Assembly: GCF_001194135.2 (NCBI RefSeq)
Contig: NC_068981.1
Coordinates: 134,749,906 to 134,813,905 of the forward strand
Reading direction: 5' to 3'
Length of the DNA stretch: 64,000 nt
Source of the DNA: Octopus bimaculoides
Lineage: Eukaryota
In this document: one piece after another, positions 41,420-54,895 of the stretch
Layout: each line of letters opens with the position of its first letter
How positions within the stretch are numbered: the stretch's first letter is position 1
Program-made: the position numbers and the translations under genes
Notes under the pieces: generated by a model
What the model saw: the letters and a program-made list of their open reading frames with translations, nothing else
The model's database searches: none
What the model was told of the DNA's origin: nothing

Positions 41420-41630
41420 AATTTTTGCTACAAGGGCAGCTTGGGGGAGGGGGAGATGAATCGATTACATTGACCCCTGTGTTCAACTGGTACTTATTTT
41501 ATCAACCCCAAAAGATGAAAGGCAAAGTCAACCCTGGCAGAATTTGAACTCAGAACATAACAACAGGTGAAATACCGCTAAGCATTTCATCCAGTGTGCT
41601 AACAATTCTGTCAGCTCACTACCTTACTAG
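41420..41630 (-). mobile_element. Family-A SINE, antisense
   Basis: caactggtacttattttatcaaccccaaaagatgaaaggcaaagtc...ctgtcagctcactacc. Confidence 0.85.
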
Positions 41631-42005
41631 ATTATATAAAAATGTTCAACAAAACATGTCATTTGTACTAATACTAACTACTACTACTGCTGCTATTGTT
41701 ACTGCTACTAATACTACTACAGCTCTTATATGCTTTTGGTATTTTTCTTTCTAAATGTTAACAGTATCATGCACTAATTTGTAAAATGCACAGGAATGGG
41801 AATTTTATAAAACATGCTATTTAAGCAAGAGTAAATTACTTGTGAGTTTAGAGATTTATTATATGAGAGCTTGTGTTACTATGTTAACATAGTTTTTTCT
41901 TTTAATTATTAAAAATGTGAGATAATGCATATCTTTATAGTTATTACTTAAATCTGTTATAAGTGTGTGTAATTTGTACAATATATGTGTGTTTATGTGC
42001 ATGTG

Positions 42006-42041
<36 letters not shown>

Positions 42042-44411
42042 CATGTGCACTATATATATATATATACNNNNNNNNNNNNNNNNNNNNNNNNNNNNNNNNN
42101 NNNNNNNNNNNNNNNNNNNNNNNNNNNNNNNNNNNNNNNNNNNNNNNNNNNNNNNNNNNNNNNNNNNNNNNNNNNNNNNNNNNNNNNNNNNNNNNNNNNN
42201 NNNNNNNNNNNNNNNNNNNNNNNNNNNNNNNNNNNNNNNNNNNNNNNNNNNNNNNNNNNNNNNNNNNNNNNNNNNNNNNNNNNNNNNNNNNNNNNNNNNA
42301 CAATATACAGAACAAATCATACTTTTTCTTTTATATATATAGAATATACATACATATACATGAGATACAATGTCTTCTATTTTATGCACATATAGATTTT
42401 AAGAAATAACTTCAGAGCAGTTTCACATTGGTTTGATAATATTTCCTATCAGTTTCTCAGCTTCAAAGTAGGGGCAGAAGATGCATCAGAACTTCTTTTT
42501 CTTAATGAAGTAGTAAGAGAGTTTATCAGAACTTTTGGACTCTTCAATAAAAATCATCAGGGCTGGTTATAGGGGCTTTATTATGTTAATATATCATTTT
42601 TTTTTTTTTTTGGTTGTTCTGGAGATTCACTATTTACACAAGAGTTTCAATCTCAAGTGTGAAGTGAAAGAACATTAGTGTGTTACCCTCATCATTGACT
42701 ATATGCTTTAGTTTATGAAGATTTTATGATAAGATCAGGGCCATCATAACAGCATTACAGACTGCTGAGCAAAGCAATTCAATATGCTCCCTCTACACAC
42801 AACCTTGGTGTGCATAGATTAGCATGAGTTCCCTAGATCTGTGATCTCCTGAGCAATGGCTCAATTTGCCCTTACCTTGAGATACCAGTGAGATGAGAAG
42901 AAAGAGGACTTTCAGGACACCTAAGCAACCCACCCACCAAGATGGGTATGAGATGTTTTGGCACAACTATTTTGGTGCCACCTATTTGGCATTATTGATT
43001 CAATGCCTACATATTTGGCATCAGGCATTTAATGTTTCCCTTGTTTTAATATTCTTCTCCTTTTCTTTCTTACAATATATTTTTCTTTGTGCATGGAGAG
43101 AGGGAAAGAATTACCAGAATGTGAATGTTTGAATGTATTTACGACCTTTTGCATTCAATTAATAAATTGTAATCTTTCTCTCCCTCTCTCTCTCACACTC
43201 TTTCAAACTGTATGTGTATATTTCTGCGCATGTTTACCTCCAGCACCAATAAAGTACTGTCACCAAAATAAGCCAAATGTTCAGTCAACCATGCCAAATG
43301 ATAAGTGTCCGAACAGCTGCACCCACCCAATCACTTCATTCCATACTAAGATATACATACATATCAACCCTCACATAGAACTAGTTCACATCTATATCTC
43401 TCTAAAGAGAGTGACAAAAAAATAAGTATTTTTTAATGGTGTCAAATTTAATAATAATAATAATAATAATAATATAATGAGCTTGTTATAAGCCATACTC
43501 AGGTGAAAGGGGTAAGAGAGGGAACAGAAAGCAGCAATTAGTCGAGTAAAGAAAGACAGCAGTGAAAGATAAAAGTGCATTCACAGTACATAGATTAAAA
43601 CATGAAAAGACAGGAAAGTGAATGATGTAATTTTTTAGTAACATTCTTGCTTTTGATAAAGATATAGTGTTCGAAATTAACATATGCTCTACCACTTTCT
43701 TTTATGTACACTTTCTATGTTAAGGATACACACATTTATAGCTTATTACATATTTCACTTGATGTTACACATCAAAAATAAGCTACAACTTCTACATAAC
43801 CAATATTTTACAAAGGAATTAGGTCACTAATTAAGAACTGTGATTCATTTTAGAATTACCAGAATGTGGATGTTTGAATGTATTTACGACCTGTTGCAGG
43901 CCTAATCCATCAAACAAGATGGTATTATTATGCTAGACTTTTTCTGCAGTTCATCTGCCTCAGTGAGATGTTTGAATTCCAATAAAAAAAACTGAAAAAA
44001 GTTAATGAAACATTAACTCTTTTATACTTAGGCAAATCACACAAAAACTTATGTAATTATCTACATTACTATTTTACCTCACTTTTTAAGTAACAACAGT
44101 TTAGATAGATAGTTTTCGAAAGAAATGTGTTGAATGGGAACCATCATCCTTTCTTATTTCTCTAAAAAACATTTTACATGTTGTGGTCAATAATCGTTAA
44201 TTTTCTATCACCTCAACAACACATTAATCATATATCATCATGATAGATGATTGGTTTCCATTCCTTTATCAGACTTCTTGTTTCATTTTTTTTGTTTTTT
44301 CTAATCACTTTCCAAACAGAAGTTGATAATTCTTTTTAAATTTCAGTCAGTTAATTCACTTCACTTTCTTATTTTCTGTCCTTCACTACCTCCATTATTT
44401 CTGGATATAAG

Positions 44412-44447
44412 GCGCAAATCCAGCATAGCCAGCATTGGTGCCTCCTT
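44412..44447 (+). CDS. 36-nt phase 2-2 microexon, (R)RKSSIASIGAS
   Basis: AG-free pyrimidine tract from 44351, aag acceptor, gtaagt donor; paralog at 54896 with synonymous differences. Confidence 0.8.
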
Positions 44448-44659
44448 GTAAGTACCATCTCTATCACTTGTCTTTCCAAACCCTTCATCCACCCAACTCT
44501 TTTCTCTTTTTTTTTTCTGTTTTCTAAGTCATGTATCCTATGAAAATATATCCCTTGATGTCTTATATCTGTTTGTTTGGAATTTTGCAAGTTTCATTCT
44601 CTGTGTTTTAGAGTATATTTTAAGTAATTTTGGCATCTAAGTGTGTGTGTGTGCGTGTG

Positions 44660-44700
<41 letters not shown>

Positions 44701-45238
44701 GTGTGTTTGCATGTGTGTGTGTACTGGTACATACACACACTCAGAAATCAAAATTAATAGTGGTTAGTCAAGTAAACATGTGTATGTCTTTGCTTGTATA
44801 TAAAATTAGATCTAGCTTCTTTTTCTTTCTTTTTTTTTGTGTGTGTGTGTGTGTGTGCATATATACTACAATTTACTCTAGTAATTGTTCAATATTCTTG
44901 TTTTAATTCTATAGAGTTCATAAACTGCCCAACTCCCATCCATGTCTTCCTAACATCGTTTGTACATCATGGTTTCTCTTCCTTATTACATATCAAGGTC
45001 AATTTGATTGATTGTTTCCTTACTATTTCTCTCGAAGTCCAATTATTGCCTGTGAAGTTCAAAACTAATCAAGCATCTTTCCTCTTGTTCCTTATTTTAT
45101 ATCAACCTGAATCCTGTTGACATCATGAATTCCCATTTTTTTTTTTTCTTTTCGCAAACATCTTGCTCCACAGTTCCATTTATTCATACTATTAAGTTTG
45201 TACCTACTAATTTCAATTTATTCAATGTTGGTTATTTC

Positions 45239-45295
45239 TGTAAAGACACTTTTTGTAAAGACATTTTTGTAAAGACACTTTTTGTAAAGACACTT
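45239..45295 (+). repeat. Four ~15-bp tandem units tgtaaagacactttt
   Basis: Seen directly. Confidence 0.9.
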
Positions 45296-46305
45296 CATAG
45301 TCATAAATAGGATGTTGAGTTTGATCTCAAACTAAAGCCTTAATATTTTGGGGCAATTGGTTTCTCTTTCAACTGATAAATATAAATTACCTGGTGAGAT
45401 GAGGGGACAATTTTATCACAAACTATTCTATTCTATTCATTTCTTATTTAACAGACCCTTCCTTTCATGCTTGATTTAACCCTTTAGCATTTAAACCAGC
45501 CAGAAGTGGCCCAAATATGCAACCAGTTTTATGTTAAAATCAGCTAGACCTGGCTTCTCACACCTACCCTACAATGTCACTCTAAAAATATATAATTACA
45601 TCACTGAAATTTCAAAGTTGCAAGGTAATGCATGGCTGATTCAAAACAATGATTTTGCATTGCTTCATGCTCTTGCTTAATGAGGCTGGGGTCATCCCAG
45701 GTTAGTGGTCCCAGAAATGTCATCATACATAGAGCCAACCAGGATTACCAGTGCTCTCCATCACTGGCAGTCCTGTGCCAGCCCCTCTGCATCTTAATAC
45801 ATGTTAAATCTGGACACTGTTCTTCAAGCATCTGACAGATTGCTTCAGTGTCCTCAATCATATCTAACTGTATTTGTCCTACAGATATGTTCCACTGTCA
45901 TTTCACTATATGGGATGGTGTTATAATGAACTTGTAGGTGCAGGATGGCCAAATGGATACTCAGTTCACTTCACAATCGCTATAAACTTGGTTTGACTCA
46001 TATCTTGTGAATGAAATTGGGTAGATGGAAACTACAGAAACCTATCAGATAGATTCAGTCATATCACACTGTGTTATGCTGATTCTATCTGTAAATTACA
46101 TTAAGGGTACATGTGTCTGTAGGAATTTTAACCGCATACGTGTTGATGCAATGAGCCTGGTGGTTCACTTGATCTAACAACTGAAAATTCCTGGTTGGAA
46201 ATCCTGATGTGAGACCCATTACAATGAGACATTATAATGATAATTCAAGTAACCCTTTTAATACACCTGAGACCCAAGACGATCTTTAGTAATATGATAT
46301 ATATA

Positions 46306-46346
<41 letters not shown>

Positions 46347-47092
46347 TAAATTAAAATTTATTTTGATAATTAGTGTAAGAGCTCTTTGGTAAGATAATGT
46401 TCTGAACACCAGTTTGATATAAAAAGAAATATAATAGCTAATTGTAGTGTGGAAAATTCCTGTTAGCCATATTACAACCAATAAACGTTTAAGTTAATAG
46501 CTATTGTGTGTCTCTGAATGACTAACATGTGCCTCCCATGCTTTGATCATTTTAGTTTCAACACACTGTTTCAGACCAAAACACTTTCCATGCAAGGACA
46601 TCTCTGTAACAGTTAATTATTTGACTAAATCTCTCCATTATTTTTATTGTTTTCAAAACAAATTGAAGCATTTTTATTAAGAATATGACCATGAAAGTGT
46701 TATAACACTTTCTGCAATAGCAAAAGTTACTTCTCCAGAGTTGTTTATAGCTGAATATTATTGGTCAAAAATAAAGTTACAATAATGTCTAGTATCATCT
46801 CATCTCCATCCCCTTGCCCAAGGCATTCCAGCTTTAGCCACACAAGTTAAATAGGAATGGTTTTTCAGATCTTTTATGTAAACAATAACCTCCTTGCTTC
46901 TAATGAACATGAGTGATAACATCTAAGCCTTTTTAAGCCTAATTTTCTATATTTATAATTTCACTGAAACTTCTTTGTAGATGGATTGATGTGTGTGCCC
47001 TAGCATGGCCACAATCTAATGACTGAAGCAAGTAAAAGATAAAAGATATTTGTATATATATATATATACACACACACATACACACGTGTGTA

Positions 47093-47163
<71 letters not shown>

Positions 47164-48099
47164 TATGTATGTTATATGAACACTAAATTTAGATATGATA
47201 CATTGAAATGGATTTGCACTAAATGATCTTTGCATAACATTTACTTTATTTACCATGGGAAAATGGTAAATGTTTCTTTAGTGAAAACAAAACTAATTTA
47301 TGATCACTTATTTTTAGTCGAGTATTATGAGATCTGTAGGATATTTTTACACTTTGATCTTGATTCGAAGCTACTGTTCACAGCATTAAAGAATATATTA
47401 TTCTCCTAATCTTATTATCTTCATTATTTCATCATTGTTTGAGAAAACATGTTTGTTTGTTTGTTGTTTTTATGTCTATAATTTATTTTTCATAAAACAA
47501 TACATCAATACTCCCATGACATTAGTGTAAGAATAATTTTCATCTCCAACTTGTTCCTACTAGTTTCACTGGTGTGTGTATTTTCTTTTTATTTCATTTC
47601 CATTTGATTTATGAAATAGTTATTTTAATTGTCACTAAATTAGCATAGCCCATTCAAATTACCAAAACTTTCTTATCACAGAGACTTCATCCTTTGGATA
47701 CTCTGTTAAAGTATTAAGTCAAATTCGACCCTTTTCTTTCTATCTTCTTATGTTCTTTTAATATCTGAATATCTCAAATTTGATATAAACAACTACTTCC
47801 TGAAGTATTGTAGAACATTTATCGAACACTAAAATAAAGGGAAAGCAATTTGTAGAAACTATATATCTTAGATTTACAGTCTGATTTGTATATCCTTAAC
47901 AAAGCATTTTCGAAACCTCAAGCATGATATATTGGATTATTTGTGTGCGCAAGTTCATTTATCCAGATTACAGCACATACTAGACTAAAGTTTGGAGTTT
48001 GAAAATCATTAGGACACAAACAAAATTGTTAAATTCAAGATTTATGAGGTCTAATCAAAAAAATATCAGGACTGTTACTATGGTAACAGAGCTAAAATA

Positions 48100-48500
48100 T
48101 GCAGAGTGAAGCCACTTGGCACAGATTGACCTTGAACTCTGTCATGCATGCACACTAAGTTATAACATTCTTGCTCTTGCTTGGCAGTAAAGTGTGTAGA
48201 GCATAATCATCTCAAAAAGATGATCGGGTTTCAGCTGTGCAGGATCTCATTGATTGTATCAAGAAAGACAAAAACTTATTGAAAATAGTCATAATGGGTG
48301 ATGAATCATGGGTCTATGACTAATGACCCTGAAACCAAGGCAAGAATCAAATCCCACTTGAAACGAACAAGATTTCAAGACATCAAGGAAATCTAAGAGA
48401 ATGGAATGAAGTAACTACTCATTATCCCAAAAAAAAGGAGTTCCAGTAATATTTCCAATCCATGTAAATATTACTGGAACATTACCAAGACCTTTGACAA
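48100..48500 (+). mobile_element. Internally deleted mariner transposase remnant
   Basis: QKDDRVSAVQDLIDCIKKDKNLLKIVIMGDESWVY..DPETK joined to LKRTRFQDIKEI..IPKKEFQ. Confidence 0.8.
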
Positions 48501-48516
48501 TATACCATGCTTGAAA

Positions 48517-48875
48517 GGCAGTGAGGTGGCAGAAACACTAACATGCCGGGTGAAATGCTTAGTGGTATTTTGTCTGTCTTTACGTTCTGAGATCAAATTC
48601 CGCTGAGGTCGACTTTGCCTTTCATCCTTTCAGAGGTTGATAAATTAAGTACCAGTTGCATACTGGGGTCAATCTAATCGACCCCCCCCCACTCCCCAAA
48701 AATTTCAGGCCTTGTGCCTAGAGTAGAAAAGAATATTATATTAGGCAGTGAATTGGCAGATTTATTAGAGCATTTGATTGAATGTGTTGTATTAATTCTG
48801 ACCTGCTGTGCTCTCAGTTCAAATCCTACCAGGTTCAACTTTGCCTGTCTTCCTTTCAAGCTTGATAATAAAGTA
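48517..48875 (+). mobile_element. Two tandem family-A SINEs
   Basis: ggcagtgaggtggcagaaac head with gtcgactttgcctttcatcctttc, then a second ggcagtgaattggcag head at ~48743. Confidence 0.85.
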
Positions 48876-48884
48876 GGCTCTGCA

Positions 48885-49053
48885 GTGGCTGTGTGGTAAG
48901 AAGCTTGCTTCCCACCACACAGTTCAGTTTCTGTCTACCTAATTCATTCAAGTCTTTGGTCATCTCAGGGCTATAGCAGAAGAATAACTAAGGTGCCACA
49001 TAATGAGATGGAATCTGGTTGAGAAACAAACTTCTTACCACACAGCCACACCT
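48885..49053. mobile_element. Fold-back family-B SINE structure
   Basis: 30-nt head fragment on + (48885-48914) facing an antisense copy whose head ends at 49049-49053. Confidence 0.75.
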
Positions 49054-50709
49054 AATATGTTAACAAATATAGAAACAAAAATTTAATAAGCAGCAATGTA
49101 AAATTTCATTGTTTTTATAACAATTAGGAGGAATTCATTCCTATGTAGAAGATGTTGACTTAAAATACATTTATTTACAATAGAACTAAAGGAACAGAAT
49201 TGTAAGTTGGACACTCATTCTATGAATAAATTATATTAAATTTAATAAATTCTAAAAGATCAACAGCATGGAAATTGTCTATTGTCAGTTTGTGTAATCC
49301 ATTATGACTACAACACCTGGGATAGCTCTTCTAGATTTTTCCCTTCAATTCTTCTTAAATGCATAAAGAATATTGATTAGTGTATTTATTTACAAGCCAC
49401 TAACATACTGATTGATGAATCTTATTCAGTATAATGTGAGACTCATTCTCACGTCTGAGAATCTTAGTTTTCTCCTGATTCAGTGGTTCCTCCATGTTGA
49501 TATTCTCATACGAAACAAGCAGGAACAAAGATGGCAACAAAATACTGGCTGTAGGTATGATTGTTGTTGCATCTTGTATTCTTTATGCTTTTCTTCAACT
49601 TCCTTTTGTCAGAAAAGGTCGGTTTCAGTAGTGATAGAGTTGGAACAGATCTGGCCTTAGTTTCTCACAATTTTGTCTAAATTTTAGCCATTTTGAGGGT
49701 CTTTTTAATGGCAAAGAAGACATCATAGAGATCTTTTACTGGTAATTAATTCACTAGAAAGAATTTAATGAGGAAATCTCTAGTCTTCATTCTAACTACA
49801 TCCTGACCACCACCACCACCTCTTCTATAGCCCAGGTTTCATGGTGGTGGATTCTATGCTTTGGCTGTTGGTTTTTCATTGACAGCATTGTTGGTTATGT
49901 AACCCTCCCATTTTGATGTTTAAAATGACACGGCTTTTCTTGATTGAAATGCTCTAGCTTTTTTCTTTTTTTTTTTTTTTGATACTCCAACAATTAAACA
50001 ATTAATTACCCAGTATGAGATTATATGGAAAAAAATTTTTTATGCTAACTATCAACTTATAATTAAAAGTTTACTCAGAAGAGAGATTAATCAATATCTA
50101 TCCTACAGATTAGTCCCTAATTCAGATAGAGCCCTCATCTTGGATTGTCTTCCATCTCATAGGTTTAAAATAATTTTAGAAATATAATTGTACATTAAAA
50201 AAACAATGTCAAAATAGTCCTAAGTTTTGCTTTAAGCTACCTGCTATGGTTGTAACGGCAATAAAAGAATTTATCTATGTTCTATTATGATCTCAGTTCT
50301 TATTTGTTACAAAACAATCGGTAGTCACACTTGGTTTTCTTTTATATTTTGGAGTGTTTGACTCTGCTGCTACATTGTACCATATACAGTGATTTTCTTT
50401 TTAAATTCATTCAAAATTCTTATATTATCATATTAAGTAAGCATAAAGAACCATCATTAATTACCAAAATGCAGATTATAAAACAAGTAGGAGAAAAAAG
50501 AAAAGTGTTGTTGGGAAATTATACATTGCCCTTTCTAGTTGAATAACAATAAGGAATCAATTTGATTCAATAGAAGTTGCCAGGTGAAATTCAAGCAAGT
50601 GTAACATGTCTTAACTAGCATGAGCACACATTAAAATTATTGTAAATGTGGAGAAAATATTAAATTTTTAGGTGGTTGTATGTAACAGTGTTGTTCACCA
50701 CAATCTCAG

Positions 50710-50817
50710 GTTATCTAGAAGAAGATTTAAATTTGTATAAGCAGTTGAAACAGGAAGAAGCTGAGGAAAATGCTCAAATATACATTGCTTCTTATGGATT
50801 AAAATCAAAGAGGACCA
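50710..50817 (+). CDS. Candidate 108-nt phase 1-1 exon (GYLEEDLNLYKQLKQEEAEENAQIYIASYGLKSKRT)
   Basis: ctcag acceptor, purine-rich open frame, weak CCA|gtaatg donor, symmetric length. Confidence 0.3.
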
Positions 50818-50867
50818 GTAATGCAATATTTATTTTCTATGTTTCATATTTTTATTTGTTGTACAGT

Positions 50868-51253
50868 TGTTGTTGCTGGCACTCCGTCGCTTACGACGTC
50901 GAGGGTTCCAGTTGATCCAATCAACGGAACAGCCTGCTCATGAAATTAACGTGCAAGTGGCTGAGCACTCCACAGACACGTGTACCCTTAACGTAGTTCT
51001 CGTGGAGATTCAGCGTTTCACAGTGTGACAAGGCTGATCCTTTGAATTACAGGCACAACAGAAACAGGAATAAGAGTGAGAGAAAGTTGTGGTGGAAGAA
51101 TACAGCAGGGTTCGCCACCATCCCCTGCCGGAGCATCGTGGAGCTTTAGGTGTTTTCGCTCAATAAACACTCACAACGCCCGGTCTGGGAATCGAAACCA
51201 CGATCCTGTGACCGCGAGTCTGCTGCCCTAACCACTGGGCCATTGCGCCTCCA
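50868..51253 (-). mobile_element. Young family-E tRNA-derived SINE with (CAA)n tail
   Basis: Minus strand gtggaggcgcaatggcccagtggttagggcagc...ggtttcgattccc (A and B boxes); CpG-rich; 3' hairpin cgtcg-taag-cgacg. Confidence 0.88.
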
Positions 51254-51262
51254 CTCATTGTA

Positions 51263-51731
51263 CAGTAACCATTTGCCATATCGCGGTTCACCTATCACAC
51301 CCTCAGTACATCACGGATTTTTCTGGCTAACATATGTAAATCTATATCGTGGACTCCTCAGTGTATCACGAGTTTCTGCGGCCAATAGATATTTATATTT
51401 TTTTATATTTTAATTATTTCTGTGGTAAAATAAGCATTTTCATAACTAAAAATTAATAAATTAATAAATAAAAATACAGTACAGTACTGCACTGTATAAC
51501 ACATTAATTAAAATATATTGAAAGAAAATATGTAGTGTACCATAGATGAGCAAACAAAGAATCTCACATACTGTAAGGAAAACGAAACTTGCATTTATAA
51601 TAAAATTAATATATACAAATTAGAAAAACAATAGAAAAGATACACAGTGCAGTACTGTTTCTACTTCGCAGATTTTCACCTATCACAGGGAGTTTTGGAA
51701 TGTAACACCCATGATATTCGAGGGATTACTG
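51263..51731. mobile_element. Tigger/pogo-like non-autonomous DNA transposon
   Basis: TA flanks at 51261-62 and 51732-33; ends CAGTAACC / CAGTAATCCCTCG; internal ttcacctatcac repeated. Confidence 0.7.
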
Positions 51732-51985
51732 TATAAACTAAAGAAAGTTTATATATATTTTTGACTGAATTACATATAATTTTGTTGAAAAGACGTTTTT
51801 TTTTTCTTTTTATAAGTAAATGCATTGTAAGTCTATTCAGTTTTAAATAAACATGTATTTCTTTCAATGATTAAAATAGCTTATCTGCAAAATACTATTT
51901 TACCCTGATTATAAAATAGTGAAAGAAGTGAAACATTAATTAATCTTGGTATTCATGTGTGTGTGTGTGTGTGTGTACCTAGATG

Positions 51986-53408
51986 TACTGAGTCCACCAA
52001 AAAGTGTATACCTCCTTCGAGTAAAGAAGATATGTAGAAATATTTTAATACTGAATTTATTCAGACATTACACGATTAATATAAATAACCTTAAACCTCT
52101 ACAATTACAAGAGGTGCTCAAAGTGGTGGCCATTAGCTTTTAGACACTTATTAGCATGGTGAACTGCTGTTTAGGCAATGTTAACCAAAGTGTCCAGTGA
52201 GATTACTACAAATATTGTTTCAATTTTCTCCTGGAGAGCAATCAGTGTAGCCAGTTTTCTGTGATATATGACATCCTTTAGTGTGACTCATAAGTAAAAG
52301 TCTGCAGATGCTAAGTCAGGAGAATTCAACCATACTTCTTTGTCCCATCCAGGTTAATTCATATATCTTGGTAGTAGTCTAGAAGTACACCATATTGAAA
52401 GAAAAGTTCATCATTTCCATAAAATGTGAATGGACATGCATAGCATGTCTAGGTACACTTGACCAGTGACAGTACCTTCAAAGCAAAATGGTCCCATTAA
52501 ACTTGATGACACTTTACACAATGACTGCTTTGTCCACATGCAAACAAGGATTTTCTGGTGCTCAGTAAACACAAATATATCAGTTCACTGTTCCATTTAG
52601 CTTAAATTGTGCTTCATCAGATCACACAACTGTCCTCACAAACTCTTTTTCCTCACCTACCATGTGTTGAAATCACACACAAAACTTGATTCTTTGATTA
52701 AGTTCATCGTTATTAATTGCATGTAATAATCTTGAGGTGTAAGCTTCTCACTTAGCTCTTTTAAGAAAGCACCGTATTCTTGTACTGCTTATTCCTGTCT
52801 CATGTGCACATAGTATGGTAGACTTCTTTGGTAAATGTTTGAAATATTCCAACCCCATAACCAAAGAAGCAGCACTTACTACTCTACGAAGTCTGATAGA
52901 TTTTTCCCTTTCACACATCTTACACAGTGTCATGTGTTTCAAACTGACCACAAATTTATGAAATCAACAGGTGTGTTGGAGGTTCTCTTCCAAACTCATG
53001 CCTCCATTGTTGTTGAATATCAACATCTTTCTCAAATTTGAAATACCACTTCAAAATGGTCTTACATTCCTTAAACAACAGCCATACCTCTATTACTTTG
53101 TCACAGTTGCTCACAATAACATCAAGAAGTCATAAGAAAGTTTCTAGCTTTTTTAATCTCAAAATAATGCCCATTGGCTATTTCATACATTAACAATTGA
53201 TCAAGTGCAACCTAACTTTCTCAATATCACACCTTAACAGCAGTAAAAATAATATTTTTAAAATGAAAAATTTTTTCATTAAAATTTAGAAACAATTTTT
53301 TTTTTAATGCCAACCATATTCAAATAGGCTAGAAAAGGCATAAAAGGTTAAAGGTAACCTTTTTTAATTCCATGAAGTGTGTATAAACATTTTCTGGCAT
53401 ATTCTGCA
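51986..53408 (-). mobile_element. Decayed Tc1/mariner-superfamily transposon with transposase pseudogene (~52117-53110)
   Basis: PKKST..CAHETGISSTRIRCFLK, SDEAQFKLNGTVN, MGPFCFEGTVTGQVYLDML, WMGQR..SPDLASADFY, KANGHHFEHLL*; degenerate terminal inverted repeats at 51986 and 53408. Confidence 0.82.
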
Positions 53409-53421
53409 CATATATACAAAA

Positions 53422-53473
<52 letters not shown>

Positions 53474-54895
53474 TTACATAATGCTACTTGATCAACACCT
53501 AATACTGTTGTTCTTTCTATTGTTGTTCGATCTCATATTGAACACCATTTTAATTCCTACCTTGTGTGGGGAGGTGGGGTTGTGTGTCTGTCTCTGTGGG
53601 TATTTTTTTTTTTTTCAATATTCATCACTGTTGAACAAAAACATTAACCACCCACAAAATTCATAAACTTCCAGGCTTAATGTCAGTCATTGGTTCATTT
53701 CAGTATCATTTATCAATCTAATATAAATTGTGGAAGCAAGATAAAGTAAACTAGGTTTGAAAAGAAAAAAAATTCTTCATACATTGTCCTTAGATTCATG
53801 GATGAATCCCAGAGGAACAAGTGTTAGTTTAGTTAGATTTCAATTTGCTGCATTTTGCATGATTGGTTCAAAATTGTGTCTGTTAGAAAGTATCTGCTCG
53901 GACTTAGGAAATTTTCTGTTTATTTTTGTTTTCCTACCTTTAATGTTCACAACATTGTTCATATATTACTCTGTGTCTGTTATCCCCTGTTTCTCTGATA
54001 TATTTAAACCTCTGTGTGTCTGTATCCCAAAACGTATTATTTCTTTTAATTCTTTTAAAAAGTCTTCTCTTCATTTTCCCCCTACACTATGAGCATTCCT
54101 CATTATAAATCATGCAGGTATATTCCCTGCACTTTGGAGCATGCTTTATATTTTGTATTTGTACAGCTGTAACGAATCACTATTCTCTTGAACAGATGCT
54201 GTATAAAATAACACATTTATGAACAGTTTTTCAATTGTTTTGTATGCTTGACTTGAGAGCCAGTATCCAATAATTGCCACAATCAGACAAAGATGGTTTC
54301 TTTAATTAGAGCTCTAACATTTCAGTTTGTTTTAAATAATGAATGTGACTCCTAATATATGTTCTTTTATCTATTCATTTATTTGTTCATTTAATCAATG
54401 TAAATCTATTTGTTTATGAATTACATAAATTATTTATACTACATATATACACATACATATGTGAATCTTCTTATACATTATTGACATTATTGTAAATCAT
54501 CCTGAGGCTATGACATATATATTAGAAAAGATATTGGCAAAATATTGGCAAGATGCAACTATATATATTACTGTTATGGATTAAATATCAGCATTTCAAT
54601 AAATACTAGTTAACCTTCTAATTTTAATAAATATTAATAACCCACAATAAATATTAATACACTTAATGCTAAATCTTACTACTGCCATCCCTAACAGCCA
54701 ACTTACTTTCCATTAAAAGCCCATAAGTCATAACACACTAACTCTATTTACTTCATTAATCATTCTTTCTAAATCAAAATTGTACACTTTTTTTTTTGTT
54801 CTCATTGTTGCTATTTCATTTCTTCTCAATTTTCATGCTTTTTGTCATTCATTTATACATTCAACCATTGCTTCATTACATTAATCTGTATTTAG

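Noticed and set aside
49484-49554. 71-nt exon-like segment with cag/gtatga borders
   Set aside because: Not frame-symmetric, no paralog or motif support; needs RNA data.
51183-51253. tRNA-like A and B boxes
   Set aside because: Head of the family-E SINE, not a tRNA gene; the same applies to other SINE heads.
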